Assembly: GCA_964106645.2 (NCBI GenBank)
Contig: OZ067043.1
Reading direction: 5' to 3' (one strand)
Source of the DNA: Podarcis pityusensis
Lineage: Eukaryota
DNA length: 64,000 bases
The notes below the pieces were generated by a model. It had not been told where the DNA came from and ran no database searches. It was given only the letters and a program-made list of their open reading frames with translations. Positions 62,281 to 64,000 of the stretch are shown here, in pieces. The first letter of the stretch is position 1. Every line of letters starts with the position of its first letter. The translations under genes and the position numbers were made by a program.

Positions 62281-64000
62281 TGCATGGTTCTCCTCCTCCC
62301 CATTTTATCCCCACAGCAACCCTGTGAGTTAAGTTAGGCTGAGAGATGTTGACTGCCCCAAGGCCACCCATGGCTGAGTTGGGATTTGAACACTGGTCTC
62401 CACTCCCAAGTCCTAGTAAAACACACTAACCATTACACCACACTGGCTTGTGTGCATGCTGGCTGGGGCAGATGGGAGCAGGAGACCAACAACATCTAGA
62501 AGGTCACAAGTTCTCAATCTGTACCAAAAAGATACATACTCTGGTGCTTTTTAGGGACATGGCCACCATGTCGCTTTTTTTGGTAATGACCGTGGATTAA
62601 AGTAGGTTGGGGATACAGTACAAAAACCCGGACTTCAGAAGTAAAAATACAAACCTGGTTTAAGACACAGACTTTTGAGTGTACTCTTGCTTAAGAACTC
62701 TATTATTAAACTTATTGTGCATTTAAACACATACACAAACCAAACACCCTGTTTTTAAATACCAGCCATCTCTGAATATTTAGTTTACAATGATGAAGCA
62801 ATTCCTTTAAAATGATGCAACACTAGAGAATAGACTTGTGCTAAGGAAAAACTTCCCGTGACTAAAATTGACTCAGAATTTCTGGCTTCTAAACACATAC
62901 TTGGCACATATCAGCAAATTATCTATAGCAATTTTCCATTTGTATCTGTGAGAAAAATGTTGTGCTCTTCATTATGCTCCACATTTCAAATTGTCACTTT
63001 CCCTGGTGGGTGGAAGAAGGGTCACTGTTCCTTATTTCAACAGACAAGCTGTGCATATATATCTATGCAAAGCAGAGGTGGGAGAAGACAGCCTCTGAGA
63101 AATTTCATCAGCTCAAAAGTCAAAGAGCATCACTGGGCTGAAATCTGATAAGCTAATGAGTCTGAACACAAAGTGCGGTATTTTGTTTATATTTTCCACT
63201 ACGCTCTTGCTTTTTCTTTCTGAGGGGGTAAACCAAGGCAGCTAACACAACACTATCAACAACAATTTGTAAGATTACAATTCAGACTCACAGAAACAGG
63301 ATCAGGATGCCATATGATTCCAATCTGGCAATTAGGCGCAAAATCTTTAATAGCTGGAAGCACAGCTTAAAGCTAGCAGTACACTGGCCCAATTCACACT
63401 CATTGTAACCCATAGTTAGTTGTTTACTGCTCTAGCTCTCAGAAGAAACAAGCATTTATCCCTATGTTCTAATTGGGCCATGGTTTGTTTTGCTCAAACC
63501 ATTTTCAGTAAGCCAAGAACAAATTCTGGAAACCATCTAGAAGTTGTGGTTTGTTTGGAGTGTGACAAACCACAGTCCCCACTATGGTTAACCATGATGT
63601 GTGAATCAGGCCACTGTCTAATACTACAGCTGCGTTTTACTGAGCAAGACTATTGATCCAACCAACGGGATGTGTATAGATGCCATAAGAGGATATATTT
63701 GTTAGATATTATCCTTCCTTCCTCACGTTTGTGAGTTCAGCAGAGTGTCATCCCTTTGCAGCTTAAAGGGAAACTTAGATAGGTTAGTTTTAGCCTTTTT
63801 AGTTTAAGTAATCCAGAATGCTTTAAGGCAGACTGGTTTTTCCTGTTATTTCCCCCTTTTCTTCCCCTTAAAACAATAATCACACAAACAATCTTGTAAA
63901 AGGCAAAATAATATTTCCTCACTCTGAGTACTCGCTGAAGAGTAACAGATACAGCTTTGTTTAGGAAGGCTTAAAGTGGTAATTCAGTTACAAAGACATA

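Noticed and set aside
40000-64000. FMOD coding exons expected upstream of PRELP
   Set aside because: No LRR-encoding ORF on either strand; FMOD, if syntenic, lies outside the window.

Overview
Vertebrate genomic DNA, most likely a squamate reptile and probably a lacertid lizard, judged from the repeat content (Sauria SINE, BovB, CR1, L1, tRNA/CR1-tailed SINEs, hAT/Tc1 MITEs). One protein-coding gene is supported: PRELP (prolargin, a class II small leucine-rich proteoglycan) on the minus strand. It has two coding exons (11531-10601 and 5766-5591, 368 aa), a likely poly(A) signal at about 4250 and a candidate non-coding first exon/promoter near 37.35-37.8 kb. The rest is intronic/intergenic and rich in transposon copies, many with readable target-site duplications (TSDs) and several nested. 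There is an N gap at 61859-61989. I found no convincing new multi-gene system. The most unusual items are a composite (tandem) Sauria SINE inside one 26-bp TSD next to the PRELP exon-2 donor, which creates cryptic splice sites; two SINE types with different tRNA heads (Lys and Asn) sharing one CR1 tail; a young sense-oriented L1 with an uninterrupted ORF2 fragment; two solo LTRs; and a pre-miRNA-like hairpin/paired SOX site in the predicted 3' UTR.
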